This document shows positions 17,821 through 26,202 of a stretch of 64,000 nucleotides of DNA, one piece after another. The notes beneath the pieces were generated by a model. The model saw nothing but the letters and a program-made list of their open reading frames with translations. It was not told the DNA's origin and searched no databases. Each line of letters opens with the position of its first letter. Position 1 is the stretch's first letter. Source of the stretch: an uncultured Bacteroidota bacterium (GTDB lineage Bacteria > Bacteroidota > Bacteroidia > Bacteroidales > WCHB1-69); NCBI GenBank assembly GCA_902774175.1, contig CACYHG010000033.1:6885-70884 (forward strand). Reading direction: 5' to 3'. The position numbers and the translations under genes were made by a program.

Positions 17821-19860
17821 ATGTCATTTGTACATCCTGCGTTTCTTTGGGGCCTTTTGGCGGTGGCGATACCTGTCATCATCCACCTCTTCCAGTTCCG
17901 GAGGTACCGCACACTCTATTTCTCCGACACGCGGTTCATTGAGGAGCTGCAGACGGAGCAGAAACGGCAGTCCCAACTAAAGAAACTGATTATCCTGTCC
18001 CTGCGAATTTTAGCCATAATTGCAATAGTCATGGCTTTCGCACAACCATACCGTCACCGTCCCAATGACAGATTCCGCGAAGGGACGGCCAGTGTGCTGC
18101 TTTATATTGACAATTCCTTCTCAATGGAGAACAGCTCCGACCAGGGTAGCCTCTTGAACGAAGCCAAGAACCAGGCGGCCGCCATTGTGGACGCATTTGA
18201 CGAATCGGCCTCCTTCATGCTTCTGACCAACGATCTGGAGGGAAGGCACGCCCACTTTTTCAACGCAACTGAAATCAAGGAGGAGATCGCACGCCTGCAA
18301 CCCAGCCCGAACAGCCGTACCATGGACCGTATGATGGAATATGGGCTCGGTTTCCTGGAACAGGAGAAGAGCGGCAACAGGCAGTTTTTCCTGATTTCAG
18401 ACTTCCAGCAGTCCACCGTACCGCTATCCCTCCTGCCTGACGACAGCAGTGTGCAGATAAGGATGGTTCCGCTGAAGCCGAACAGCCAGGACAACATTTA
18501 CATTGACAGCTGCTGGTTTGAATCGCCCCTCTTTTTACGCCAGCAGGAGTGCAAACTGCACCTGCAGGTGCGCAACAGCGGCCGGAATCCGGTTGAGCAG
18601 CTGCCTGTAAAACTGTACCTGAACGGACAGCAGAAAGCGATCGCAAACACGGACATCGCAGCCGAAGGCAAGGCACTTGTTGAAATGAGCTTCACACCTG
18701 ATGCGTCGGAATGGCAGCAGGGCTATGTGGAAATCACCGACCATCCCGTCACATTTGACGACCGCTATTATTTCTCGTTCCGCACCCGCGACCGGCATCC
18801 GGTGCTCTGCCTGTACGATGAAAATGAAAACCGATTCCTGCACGCGCTCTTTGCGGAGGATTCGGCCATCGGTTACCAGACCATGCGGCTGCAACAGATG
18901 GACTACAGCAGGCTCCCACAGCAGAATCTGGTCATACTTAACCCCACCAACGAAGTGGGGAGCGGCTGCCTGCAGGAGCTGCGGCGCTATGTGGAAAACG
19001 GAGGGTGCATGCTTGTCATTCCGAGTCCCAAGGCGGATGCAAACGCCAGCAACGCCATCAACAGCGCACTGGAACTGCCAGCCTTCACTCTTCTGGACAC
19101 CCACCGCACAAGGGTTTCGGAACTGCTGATGGAACACAGGATTTTCGCCCGCACAATGGAGAAGCCGACAGAACAGGTGCTGCTGCCGGCCGTTTTCCGG
19201 CACTACCGTCTGGCGCACAGCCTGCACCAGGGGAAAGAGGTGCTCATTTCCCTTGAAAACGGGGACGAGCTGCTAAGCGCCTACAGCATCGGACGTGGCT
19301 GCATATACCTGCTTTCAGTACCATTGGAGGATGCCTTCAGCGAATTCCAGCGGAATGCCATTTTTGTACCGGCAATATATAACATGGCGTTGTTCAAGAA
19401 CAACCCGCAGGCTCCCTGCTACCGCATGGGCGGGAACGACCCCATACCGATGGAGAGTGAGGCCGCACAAACGGACAAGCTGCCGGAACTGCGCAACGAC
19501 GCGCTGCAGTTCTCCTGCATTCCGGAAATCAGGAACAGCTATAACAACAGCGAAATCTTCATCCATGACCAGCTGCGCGAGGCGGGGAACTATCTGCTGT
19601 GCCAGCAGGAAGACACGCTTCAGACCCTCTCCTTCAACTACGACCGGCGCGAATCTGACCTTCATTACTGGAGCACAAAGGAGCTGAAAAAAGCCTGCAA
19701 CGGTTATCCGAACCGCGAAATCATGGCGATCAGCAACCTCTCCTCCGCCGCCGTGGCGGAGAAAATAAGCGGGAAAAACCGGCAGAACGGACTGTTCATC
19801 TGGCTGGCGCTTGCCTTCCTGCTTGCCGAAAGCATCCTTTTACGCCTATGGAAGGAATAG
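17821..19860 (+). CDS. BatA-N-terminal-domain (aerotolerance-type) membrane-anchored protein
   Basis: 679 aa. The N-terminus MSFVHPAFLWGLLAVAIPVIIHLF is characteristic of the BatA N-terminal double-TM domain. There is also a C-terminal TM helix. Confidence 0.65.
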   Translation: MSFVHPAFLWGLLAVAIPVIIHLFQFRRYRTLYFSDTRFIEELQTEQKRQSQLKKLIILSLRILAIIAIVMAFAQPYRHRPNDRFREGTASVLLYIDNSFSMENSSDQGSLLNEAKNQAAAIVDAFDESASFMLLTNDLEGRHAHFFNATEIKEEIARLQPSPNSRTMDRMMEYGLGFLEQEKSGNRQFFLISDFQQSTVPLSLLPDDSSVQIRMVPLKPNSQDNIYIDSCWFESPLFLRQQECKLHLQVRNSGRNPVEQLPVKLYLNGQQKAIANTDIAAEGKALVEMSFTPDASEWQQGYVEITDHPVTFDDRYYFSFRTRDRHPVLCLYDENENRFLHALFAEDSAIGYQTMRLQQMDYSRLPQQNLVILNPTNEVGSGCLQELRRYVENGGCMLVIPSPKADANASNAINSALELPAFTLLDTHRTRVSELLMEHRIFARTMEKPTEQVLLPAVFRHYRLAHSLHQGKEVLISLENGDELLSAYSIGRGCIYLLSVPLEDAFSEFQRNAIFVPAIYNMALFKNNPQAPCYRMGGNDPIPMESEAAQTDKLPELRNDALQFSCIPEIRNSYNNSEIFIHDQLREAGNYLLCQQEDTLQTLSFNYDRRESDLHYWSTKELKKACNGYPNREIMAISNLSSAAVAEKISGKNRQNGLFIWLALAFLLAESILLRLWKE

Positions 19861-20812
19861 AGGAGCGCATTTTCCGGGTAAGTTCCGCCAGTGAGTTCGA
19901 CGCGCTGGCCTTGGAGATTTTCCGCTTCCAGTACCGGAACTGTGCTGTTTACCGCCGCTATGCCGACGGCATCGGACGAACTCCGGAGCAGGTGCAATCG
20001 TTTTTTTCAAAACACACAAGATTACCAGCACCACACTGCCGGAGGAGATCATCTTCACCAGCAGCGGCACCACCGGAATGACTCCGTCGCACCATTACGT
20101 GCATTCGCTGGCACTTTACCGGCGAAGTTTCCGCGAAGCCTTCCGCGAGATGGTGGGCGACCCGAAGGATTTCGCCATCCTCGCGCTGCTCCCCTCCTAC
20201 ATGGAGCGGAAAGGCTCCTCCCTGCTCTACATGGTGCAGGAGCTGATGCAGGAGAGCGGGCACCCGATGAACCGATTTTACCTTCATAATCTGGAGGAGC
20301 TGGGCGACAATCTGGAAAAGCTGGCCGCCCAAGGGCAGCGGACAATCCTGTTCGGCGTGAGCTACGCGCTTCTGGATTTGGTGGAACAGCGCCGTTTCAG
20401 CCTTCCGGAACTCATTGTTTTCGAGACAGGAGGAATGAAGGGCCGGCGGAAGGAATACCTGCGGGAGGAGCTGCACCGTCTGCTGTGCGAAGGACTTGGT
20501 GTCAGCAGCATCCGCTCGGAATATGGCATGGCGGAGCTGATGTCGCAGGCCTATACCGATGGCGGCGAATGGTTCCGCTGCCCGCCATGGATGCGTGTCC
20601 TCATCCGTGATATGTATGACCCGCTCACCCTTACCGGCGCACCTGAAAGGAAGGGCGGCATCAACGTAATTGACCTGGCGAACATTTACAGCTGCTCATT
20701 CATCGCCACGCAGGACATCGGGGACCGCATGGAGGACGGCCGCTTCCGCGTGCTCGGCCGCTTCGACCAGGCCGACCTCCGCGGCTGCAACCTTCTGGTC
20801 ATGGAGGATTAG
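19848..20812 (+). pseudogene. LuxE/PaaK-family acyltransferase (acyl-protein synthetase-like) split by a frameshift in a T7 run
   Basis: ORF 19848..20081 (..FRFQYRNCAVYRRYADGIGRTPEQVQS) switches frame at TTTTTTT (20001-20007). It continues as FFKTHKITSTTLPEEIIFTSSGTTGMTPSHHYV into ORF 20078..20812. The combined length is ~321 codons. Confidence 0.65.
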
Positions 20813-20820
20813 CGTGATGG

Positions 20821-20875
20821 AAAAACTTTTTGTGGATATTCTTTCCGTATGCGGATTTTGAGTAATTTTGCAAAA
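20821..20875 (+). promoter_or_regulatory. Promoter cassette copy A (degenerate; about 12 nt shorter)
   Basis: AAAAACTTTTTGTGGATATTCTTTCCGTATGCGGATTTTGAGTAATTTTGCAAA, with TAATTTTG as the -7 box. It sits 37 nt upstream of ATG 20912. Confidence 0.55.
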
Positions 20876-20911
20876 TGAAACAACTATAAATTAACAGAAT
20901 AGATTAAAACT

Positions 20912-21613
20912 ATGAAAAGGTATTTTATGGTAATGACAATGGTCGGCTGCATCCTGACTGGCTACACGCAAACTGCGAAAGAAATGTATGAGGCACAAAA
21001 ATACATGAAACCTAATAATTATTCAGACTTTTCCATTGGAAAAGGGACAAGATTCGTTAGCGGAAGCGTTGGCCTTTCATTTGGATCCGTTTCCACATAT
21101 TGTTATTACGGAACCACTTCTGAATTTATTTCAAAGCCAAACCCGATTGAAATCTCACTTTCAGGTGGATTTGGAAGTTTTTTTTCAGACAAATGGACAA
21201 TAGGTGTGGAATTGGAATATGCACATAATACCACTCCTATATCCCAACTCGGAACAGGATGGTTAAAACAATATACCAATCTATTTGGAATAGCAATTGA
21301 TGTTACTGAACACTTAAAAATAACTGATAATTTTTTCTATACTGCAGGATTATCTTTTGGGGGATTAATTGGAGATTTGAAAGAAGATGTTGATTATACA
21401 AATTATATGTCATTTCAAGTAAATGGAATTGCATTGCAAGGATATTTGCTTGCATTTGAATTCAGACCAACCAATCGTTTAGCCATGAATGTAGGAGTTG
21501 GTTATTACGTGTTTGAGTTTATGAGATTAAAGAACACCGACATGAAAATGGAAGTTTGGGGTTCTGATTATAAACTTGGGAATGCCACTATCGGTGTTTC
21601 ATATTATTTTTGA
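20912..21613 (+). CDS. Outer-membrane beta-barrel-like protein in a visibly AT-rich segment
   Basis: 233 aa with a signal peptide, G/S/Y/F-rich alternating strands and a terminal ..GVSYYF. Confidence 0.55.
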   Translation: MKRYFMVMTMVGCILTGYTQTAKEMYEAQKYMKPNNYSDFSIGKGTRFVSGSVGLSFGSVSTYCYYGTTSEFISKPNPIEISLSGGFGSFFSDKWTIGVELEYAHNTTPISQLGTGWLKQYTNLFGIAIDVTEHLKITDNFFYTAGLSFGGLIGDLKEDVDYTNYMSFQVNGIALQGYLLAFEFRPTNRLAMNVGVGYYVFEFMRLKNTDMKMEVWGSDYKLGNATIGVSYYF

Positions 21614-21676
21614 GCGGTGGCAAATCGCCTGCCTGATATTGATTTGAGAGAAAACCTCAAATAAGTAGAATAGTTG

Positions 21677-21736
21677 GCAAAACTTTTTTTCCCTCCCACG
21701 TGGAATCCGTGTCGGGATTTTGAGTACTTTTGCAAA
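21677..21736 (+). promoter_or_regulatory. Promoter cassette copy B
   Basis: GGCAAAACTTTTTTTCCCTCCCACGTGGAATCCGTGTCGGGATTTTGAGTACTTTTGCAAA. The -7 box TACTTTTG is at 21725-21732, 32 nt before ATG 21764. Confidence 0.7.
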
Positions 21737-21763
21737 AAATGAAGTAACAAAAAAAACATAAAC

Positions 21764-22009
21764 ATGAATACACTAATTCCTTATCCTGAAGTTACAAGCA
21801 AAATTGTCACTATTCGAAAGCATGATGTGATTGCTGATGCGGATGTGGCGGAATTGTATGGCGTACAAACCAAAGAGGTGAACCAGGCGGTGCGGAACAA
21901 TCTGGACAAATTTCCAAGCGACTACATGTTTGAACTCACCAAGAGTGAATTACGAAGTTTGCGGTCAAAAATTTTGACCACAAAATGCAGCATTTTGGCG
22001 AAATGCTGA
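21764..22009 (+). pseudogene. ORF6N (KilA-N-like) domain gene, apparently truncated after the N-terminal domain
   Basis: 81 aa. VTIRKHDVIADADVAELYGVQTKEVNQAVRNNLDKFPSDYMFELTKSE..LRS matches the ORF6N domain as I remember it. The usual C-terminal half (~90-100 aa) is missing, and 220 bp of non-coding DNA follow. Confidence 0.55.
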
Positions 22010-22150
22010 CAGACATTGTGATGCCAGACCTCGAAACATCTGAGACAGAATCATCGCTGGAACTCAATTTTATAATAGGGATTATGATAACGAACAGGCA
22101 ACACTTCATATTGCTTTCAAGCCAAAAAAACTCCGAAGAGAAACATTAGA

Positions 22151-22207
22151 CAAAACTTTTTTCCCTCCCACGTGGAATCCGTGTCGGGATTTTGAGTACT
22201 TTTGCAA
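22151..22207 (+). promoter_or_regulatory. Promoter cassette copy C
   Basis: CAAAACTTTTTTCCCTCCCACGTGGAATCCGTGTCGGGATTTTGAGTACTTTTGCAAA. Nearly identical to copy B and 26 nt upstream of ATG 22233. Confidence 0.7.
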
Positions 22208-22232
22208 ACTGAAAATACAAATAATTCGTATT

Positions 22233-22805
22233 ATGAGTTCGCAAAATAATGCGCTGAAATTGATGCTGTCGGACAAGAGGACCGTATTCACCATACAGTC
22301 AATGGTGATGCTTTCAGGCATATCCGATGGAAACCGGCTGGCAAAAATGATGAATTATTATGTAAAAAAAGGGGAAATCATGAATCCACGACGGGGAATA
22401 TACACCAAACCGGCATACAATGCGGAAGAACTGGCATGTGCCATTTTCCATCCGTCATATATCTCCTTGGAGTATGTTTTGAAACAGGCGGGTGTGATAT
22501 TCCAATACGACTCAACAATCACCTCCATAAGCTATCTGTCCCGTTATGTGGAGGTTGATGGCCGAGCCTATTCATTCCGTCAAATCAAGCCCGAAATCTG
22601 GATGGACCTCTCAGGAATAAGACAAGTTGGAAACATTTGCATTGCCACACCGGAACGCGCTTTTTTGGACATGCTCTACCTTAGTGACGGAAACTGTCAC
22701 TTCGACAATCCGCATCCGATCAAATGCAAGGAAGTGAAGGCTCTGCTTCCCTCCTATCATTCCAAAACACTGGCGCAAACAGCCGCAAAATTGTTAAATC
22801 TCTGA
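22233..22805 (+). CDS. abiEi: AbiEi-family type IV toxin-antitoxin / abortive-infection antitoxin
   Basis: 190 aa. RGIYTKP....PSYISLEYVLKQAGVIFQ pattern, and it sits immediately upstream of the AbiEii gene with a 3-nt gap. Confidence 0.7.
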   Translation: MSSQNNALKLMLSDKRTVFTIQSMVMLSGISDGNRLAKMMNYYVKKGEIMNPRRGIYTKPAYNAEELACAIFHPSYISLEYVLKQAGVIFQYDSTITSISYLSRYVEVDGRAYSFRQIKPEIWMDLSGIRQVGNICIATPERAFLDMLYLSDGNCHFDNPHPIKCKEVKALLPSYHSKTLAQTAAKLLNL

Positions 22806-22808
22806 AAC

Positions 22809-23681
22809 ATGGACATTGCAAGACACAGATACTTCATGATGCAAGTGCTGCTTGCCATTTTCCGTGACAAGGAGCTTTCCGTCCAACTGGCTTTTAAGGG
22901 CGGCACGTCACTGTTGCTGTTCCACCAGCTTCCACGTTTTTCCACCGATTTGGACTTTAATCTGTTAGATGAAACCCAAGCGGCGGAAGTTTTCCGGAAG
23001 GTACGTCACATCCTGTTGAAATACGGTAAAATAGACGATGAAGCGCTGAAATTTTACGGCCCGATTCTGGTGCTTAACTATGGGGGCGGAAACCGCATGT
23101 TAAAAATTGAAATATCAACGCGCCAATACGACAATCACTATGAAATCAAGACATTGGCGGGAACCGATGTGCGTGTGATGACCCTCCCGGACATGTTTGC
23201 CCACAAACTGTGCGCACTGGGGGAACGGGTAACTCCACGCGATATTTTTGATGTATGGTTTTTCCTTCACAAGAACACCGGAATCAACCCGCATATCATC
23301 CAGTTACGCACTGGGCTGGATGTCACAGATTATGTGACACTATGCGCAGAACGGGTCAGGAACACAAGCCCAAAAACGCTTGTACAGGGGCTTGGCGAAC
23401 TGTTGGACGGGAATGTGACCAAATCGTTTGTGAAAAACAGCATGATAGAAGAAACAGCCTCCCTTCTTGAACTATTCTCCCTGTCACCGATAATTGCAGG
23501 CCAACCTGTTACAGAAAGAATGCAACTGATTGATACACATCCTGAAATATTGGAAAAACTTGAAAAAAACGATATAGACATCAGTATCGTGAGTGAAAAG
23601 CAGCTGCTTCAAATCATCAGGGAACACGCGACAGTGGAAATCCCGAACCGGAAAGGTAACAAGGTAACGTTTTCCCTGTAA
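22809..23681 (+). CDS. abiEii: AbiEii/AbiGii-family nucleotidyltransferase toxin (DUF1814)
   Basis: 290 aa. FKGGTSLLLF..PRFSTDLDF nucleotidyltransferase motif and DIFDVWF, both typical of AbiEii. Confidence 0.8.
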   Translation: MDIARHRYFMMQVLLAIFRDKELSVQLAFKGGTSLLLFHQLPRFSTDLDFNLLDETQAAEVFRKVRHILLKYGKIDDEALKFYGPILVLNYGGGNRMLKIEISTRQYDNHYEIKTLAGTDVRVMTLPDMFAHKLCALGERVTPRDIFDVWFFLHKNTGINPHIIQLRTGLDVTDYVTLCAERVRNTSPKTLVQGLGELLDGNVTKSFVKNSMIEETASLLELFSLSPIIAGQPVTERMQLIDTHPEILEKLEKNDIDISIVSEKQLLQIIREHATVEIPNRKGNKVTFSL

Positions 23682-23684
23682 AAC

Positions 23685-24146
23685 ATGCAACTGACCATCC
23701 GACATATCCGCCACTGGTACGAACCGAAGCTGCCCCATGCGGTTTTCCTTGACGGGCTTTTTGCCGGCATGATGCAAGGCGACCGGCTGCAAATAGAGGT
23801 GCCTCCGGGCATCTACAACCTGCGTGTGCAGTGCGGCGGCAGGCTTCCCATTGGCAAAAGCGGCAGGAGCATCGACCTGTCCCTTTCATCCACAGTGCCG
23901 GTGACTGTCCAGTACGGGTCAGGGACGGTTTGCGAGTTCCACGACCGCGAGCGGCTCTGGAACCTGCTGTTTGACGCCGATCTGGTGGCATGGCTGGTGT
24001 CGCTGTTCGTGACAATGCCGCCGCTCTACAAGATACTTTCCAATGCTTTTTTTGTTATCTGGCTGGTGCGGCTTTTCCTGATAAGGAAACGGTATTACAA
24101 AATTACAGTCCGTGCTTCAAATTCCACATCAGCATCCAGCCGGTAA
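23685..24146 (+). CDS. Hypothetical protein with an N-terminal beta-rich domain and two C-terminal TM helices; tightly coupled to abiEii
   Basis: 153 aa. ATG lies 3 nt after the abiEii stop. Hydrophobic segments LVAWLVSLFVTMPPL and AFFVIWLVRLFLI. Confidence 0.5.
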   Translation: MQLTIRHIRHWYEPKLPHAVFLDGLFAGMMQGDRLQIEVPPGIYNLRVQCGGRLPIGKSGRSIDLSLSSTVPVTVQYGSGTVCEFHDRERLWNLLFDADLVAWLVSLFVTMPPLYKILSNAFFVIWLVRLFLIRKRYYKITVRASNSTSASSR

Positions 24147-24173
24147 AAGACGATTCCGTTATTGTTGCCTGTT

Positions 24174-24235
24174 GGCAAAAACTTTTTCCCCCTCTATGCG
24201 GAATCCGTGTCGGGATTTTGAGTATTTTTGCAAAA
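24174..24235 (+). promoter_or_regulatory. Promoter cassette copy D
   Basis: GGCAAAAACTTTTTCCCCCTCTATGCGGAATCCGTGTCGGGATTTTGAGTATTTTTGCAAA, 55 nt upstream of ATG 24290. Confidence 0.7.
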
Positions 24236-24289
24236 AATATTTTTTGTGAAAAAATTGAAAATTTGACAAATATTTAAACAAAAGACATC

Positions 24290-24787
24290 ATGGAAAATAC
24301 CGGTGATATCATTATTTACCAGACCGATGACGGCCTGACAAAAATTGATGTGAAATTGGATCATGACACCGTATGGCTTAACCAGCAGCAGATGGTTCTT
24401 CTTTTTCACTCCAGTAAATCAAACATCAGTGAACACATAAAGCATATTTTTGCTGAAGGAGAATTGGAGGAGGATTCAGTTGTTCGGAAATTCCGAACAA
24501 CTGCCGATGACGGTAAAAAATATGAAGTGACATTCTACAACCTTGACATGATCATTTCGCTCGGATACCGTATCAAATCAATCATCGCGACACGTTTCCG
24601 CATTTGGGCAACGCAACGGTTGAAGGAATATATGATTAAGGGATTCACCATGGATGATGAACGGCTGAAAGGTAATGGCGGCGGCAAATACCGTAAATAC
24701 CAGAACAACACACTTTCACCAGTTGAAAAGGCTTATTTGGAGACCATCAGGGAAACGGCCAAACTTGTTAAAAAAAACATGCCATAA
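24290..24787 (+). pseudogene. RhuM-family gene, about half normal length (apparent internal deletion)
   Basis: 165 aa. The N-terminal ~130 aa (IIIYQTDDGLTKIDVKLDHDTVWLNQQQMVLLF..SKSNISEHIKHIFAEGEL...GYRIKS..ATRFRIWATQRLKEYMIKGFTMDDERLK) match RhuM as I remember it. Only ~30 further residues follow. Confidence 0.55.
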
Positions 24788-24830
24788 GTAGTTCTTCCGC
24801 CTCCATCGCATATTAGATAAGGCGAATCAT

Positions 24831-26051
24831 TTACCACGCCGCCATCCACTTCCGCTCGTTCTCGGTCAGCACCACCGATTTGCGGTCATAGTCCGGATCG
24901 GGCAGATACCATTGGGTGGACTCATAAAACTGCTGCATCTTTTTGTTCCGGAAACGGCGGCCACGGTAGGCGTATGGCAGTTCCCGCATAATGCGGTGTT
25001 GAAGACGGGAATACTGCGCCAACGGAACCCCTATATATTCAAAAAAGGATGAGTCAATATAGGGACTCAAATCGCAACGCGCCCATCTGATTGCATCCAT
25101 CATATCAGCTGCTGTGGGTTTATCTCCCGCCCAACTCATTTCCCACAACAGCTGGATAAACATCGGTTTGACAACCAACAATTCACCTTCAGGATGAAAA
25201 TTATTCCGGTGAAAGGTGACACCACCTTTCAGCACATGAAAAAAGGTCACGGGCATTTCATAAAGCGAATCCTCGCTTGTTCTTCCGCAACCATCAAACT
25301 GCCAGTCCCGCGCATTTTTGAAAAAGGAGTTTATGACCATAAAGGACTCAAAATTCCCCATCCTGAGGTGCAGCGTAAAATCGTCAATGCCATTGTTCGC
25401 CCAGCGGTTGGCTGCGGTCAATGTGTAAGGGAACCAATACTCGTCCCCCTGATGTGCGGAAAGCGAATAATGGTAGGTGTGCTGTATGATGTTCAGCCCT
25501 TTGCGGAAAAGCACCTTGAAATGATAGACATAATCAAAATTAGTTTTAGGATAGACACGCGGCATTTCAATACTGTCAAAAAATTCACCGCAGACAACGG
25601 AATCCAAACCGGCTATTTTCCCGTCCTGCATATAGGCCGGAATAAAACCGGACACACTGTCTCCCAGATAACGTGGAAACAGGCTCCTTTCAACCTGTGC
25701 GATTCCATAAGACAAGGGTATTCCGTTCACCGTCACACTGAAATTCCGGATAAAGGGATGCGCTGGAAACGAACGCCGCCTTTCAGCATAGGAATGCTCC
25801 GGTGCACCCGCCTCAAAACCGACCAGCAGCTCCTTCTCCTCCGCCGGGTTGAAAAACTCATAATAGACGTTCACCTCCAAATGGTCACCCACACGTGTGA
25901 TTGTCAGCACCTCCTTCTGCACCCGGATGTCAGTCTCCATTATCGGGACCAACTGGTTCCCAGAGGCTCGGAACACTCCGTCATTGGCGGAGGCCCGCCC
26001 CACAAAACCGCCTGCCACAACAAGCAAAAACAAAAAACGAAACGCTTTCAT
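24831..26051 (-). CDS. Secreted protein with a DUF4424-like N-terminal region and a C-terminal YARHG domain
   Basis: Start trimmed to ATG 26051 (MKAFRFLFLLVVAGGFVGRASA, signal peptide). The C-terminus LPYAYRGRRFRNKKMQQFYESTQWYLPDPDY fits the YARHG motif. Confidence 0.65.
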   Translation of the reverse strand: MKAFRFLFLLVVAGGFVGRASANDGVFRASGNQLVPIMETDIRVQKEVLTITRVGDHLEVNVYYEFFNPAEEKELLVGFEAGAPEHSYAERRRSFPAHPFIRNFSVTVNGIPLSYGIAQVERSLFPRYLGDSVSGFIPAYMQDGKIAGLDSVVCGEFFDSIEMPRVYPKTNFDYVYHFKVLFRKGLNIIQHTYHYSLSAHQGDEYWFPYTLTAANRWANNGIDDFTLHLRMGNFESFMVINSFFKNARDWQFDGCGRTSEDSLYEMPVTFFHVLKGGVTFHRNNFHPEGELLVVKPMFIQLLWEMSWAGDKPTAADMMDAIRWARCDLSPYIDSSFFEYIGVPLAQYSRLQHRIMRELPYAYRGRRFRNKKMQQFYESTQWYLPDPDYDRKSVVLTENERKWMAAW

Positions 26052-26106
26052 CTGTTTATTTTTCTGTTTTAAACGGGAGAAACGCAGCATTATTGCCCCG
26101 CAAAAA
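26043..26106. repeat. 64-bp direct repeat, copy 1 (5' region and first codons of the YARHG gene)
   Basis: CGCTTTCATCTGTTTATTTTTCTGTTTTAAACGGGAGAAACGCAGCATTATTGCCCCGCAAAAA. Identical to 28349-28411 apart from one C indel. Confidence 0.85.
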
Positions 26107-26156
26107 CTTTTTTCCATCCCATGCGGAATCCGTGTCGGGATTTTGAGTATTTTTGC
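26100..26156 (+). promoter_or_regulatory. Promoter cassette copy E
   Basis: GCAAAAACTTTTTTCCATCCCATGCGGAATCCGTGTCGGGATTTTGAGTATTTTTGCGG, 47 nt upstream of ATG 26203. Its left end abuts direct-repeat copy 1. Confidence 0.7.
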
Positions 26157-26202
26157 GGATTGAATAAAAAACATAACATTAACCTTTAAATCACATTATT
26201 AC

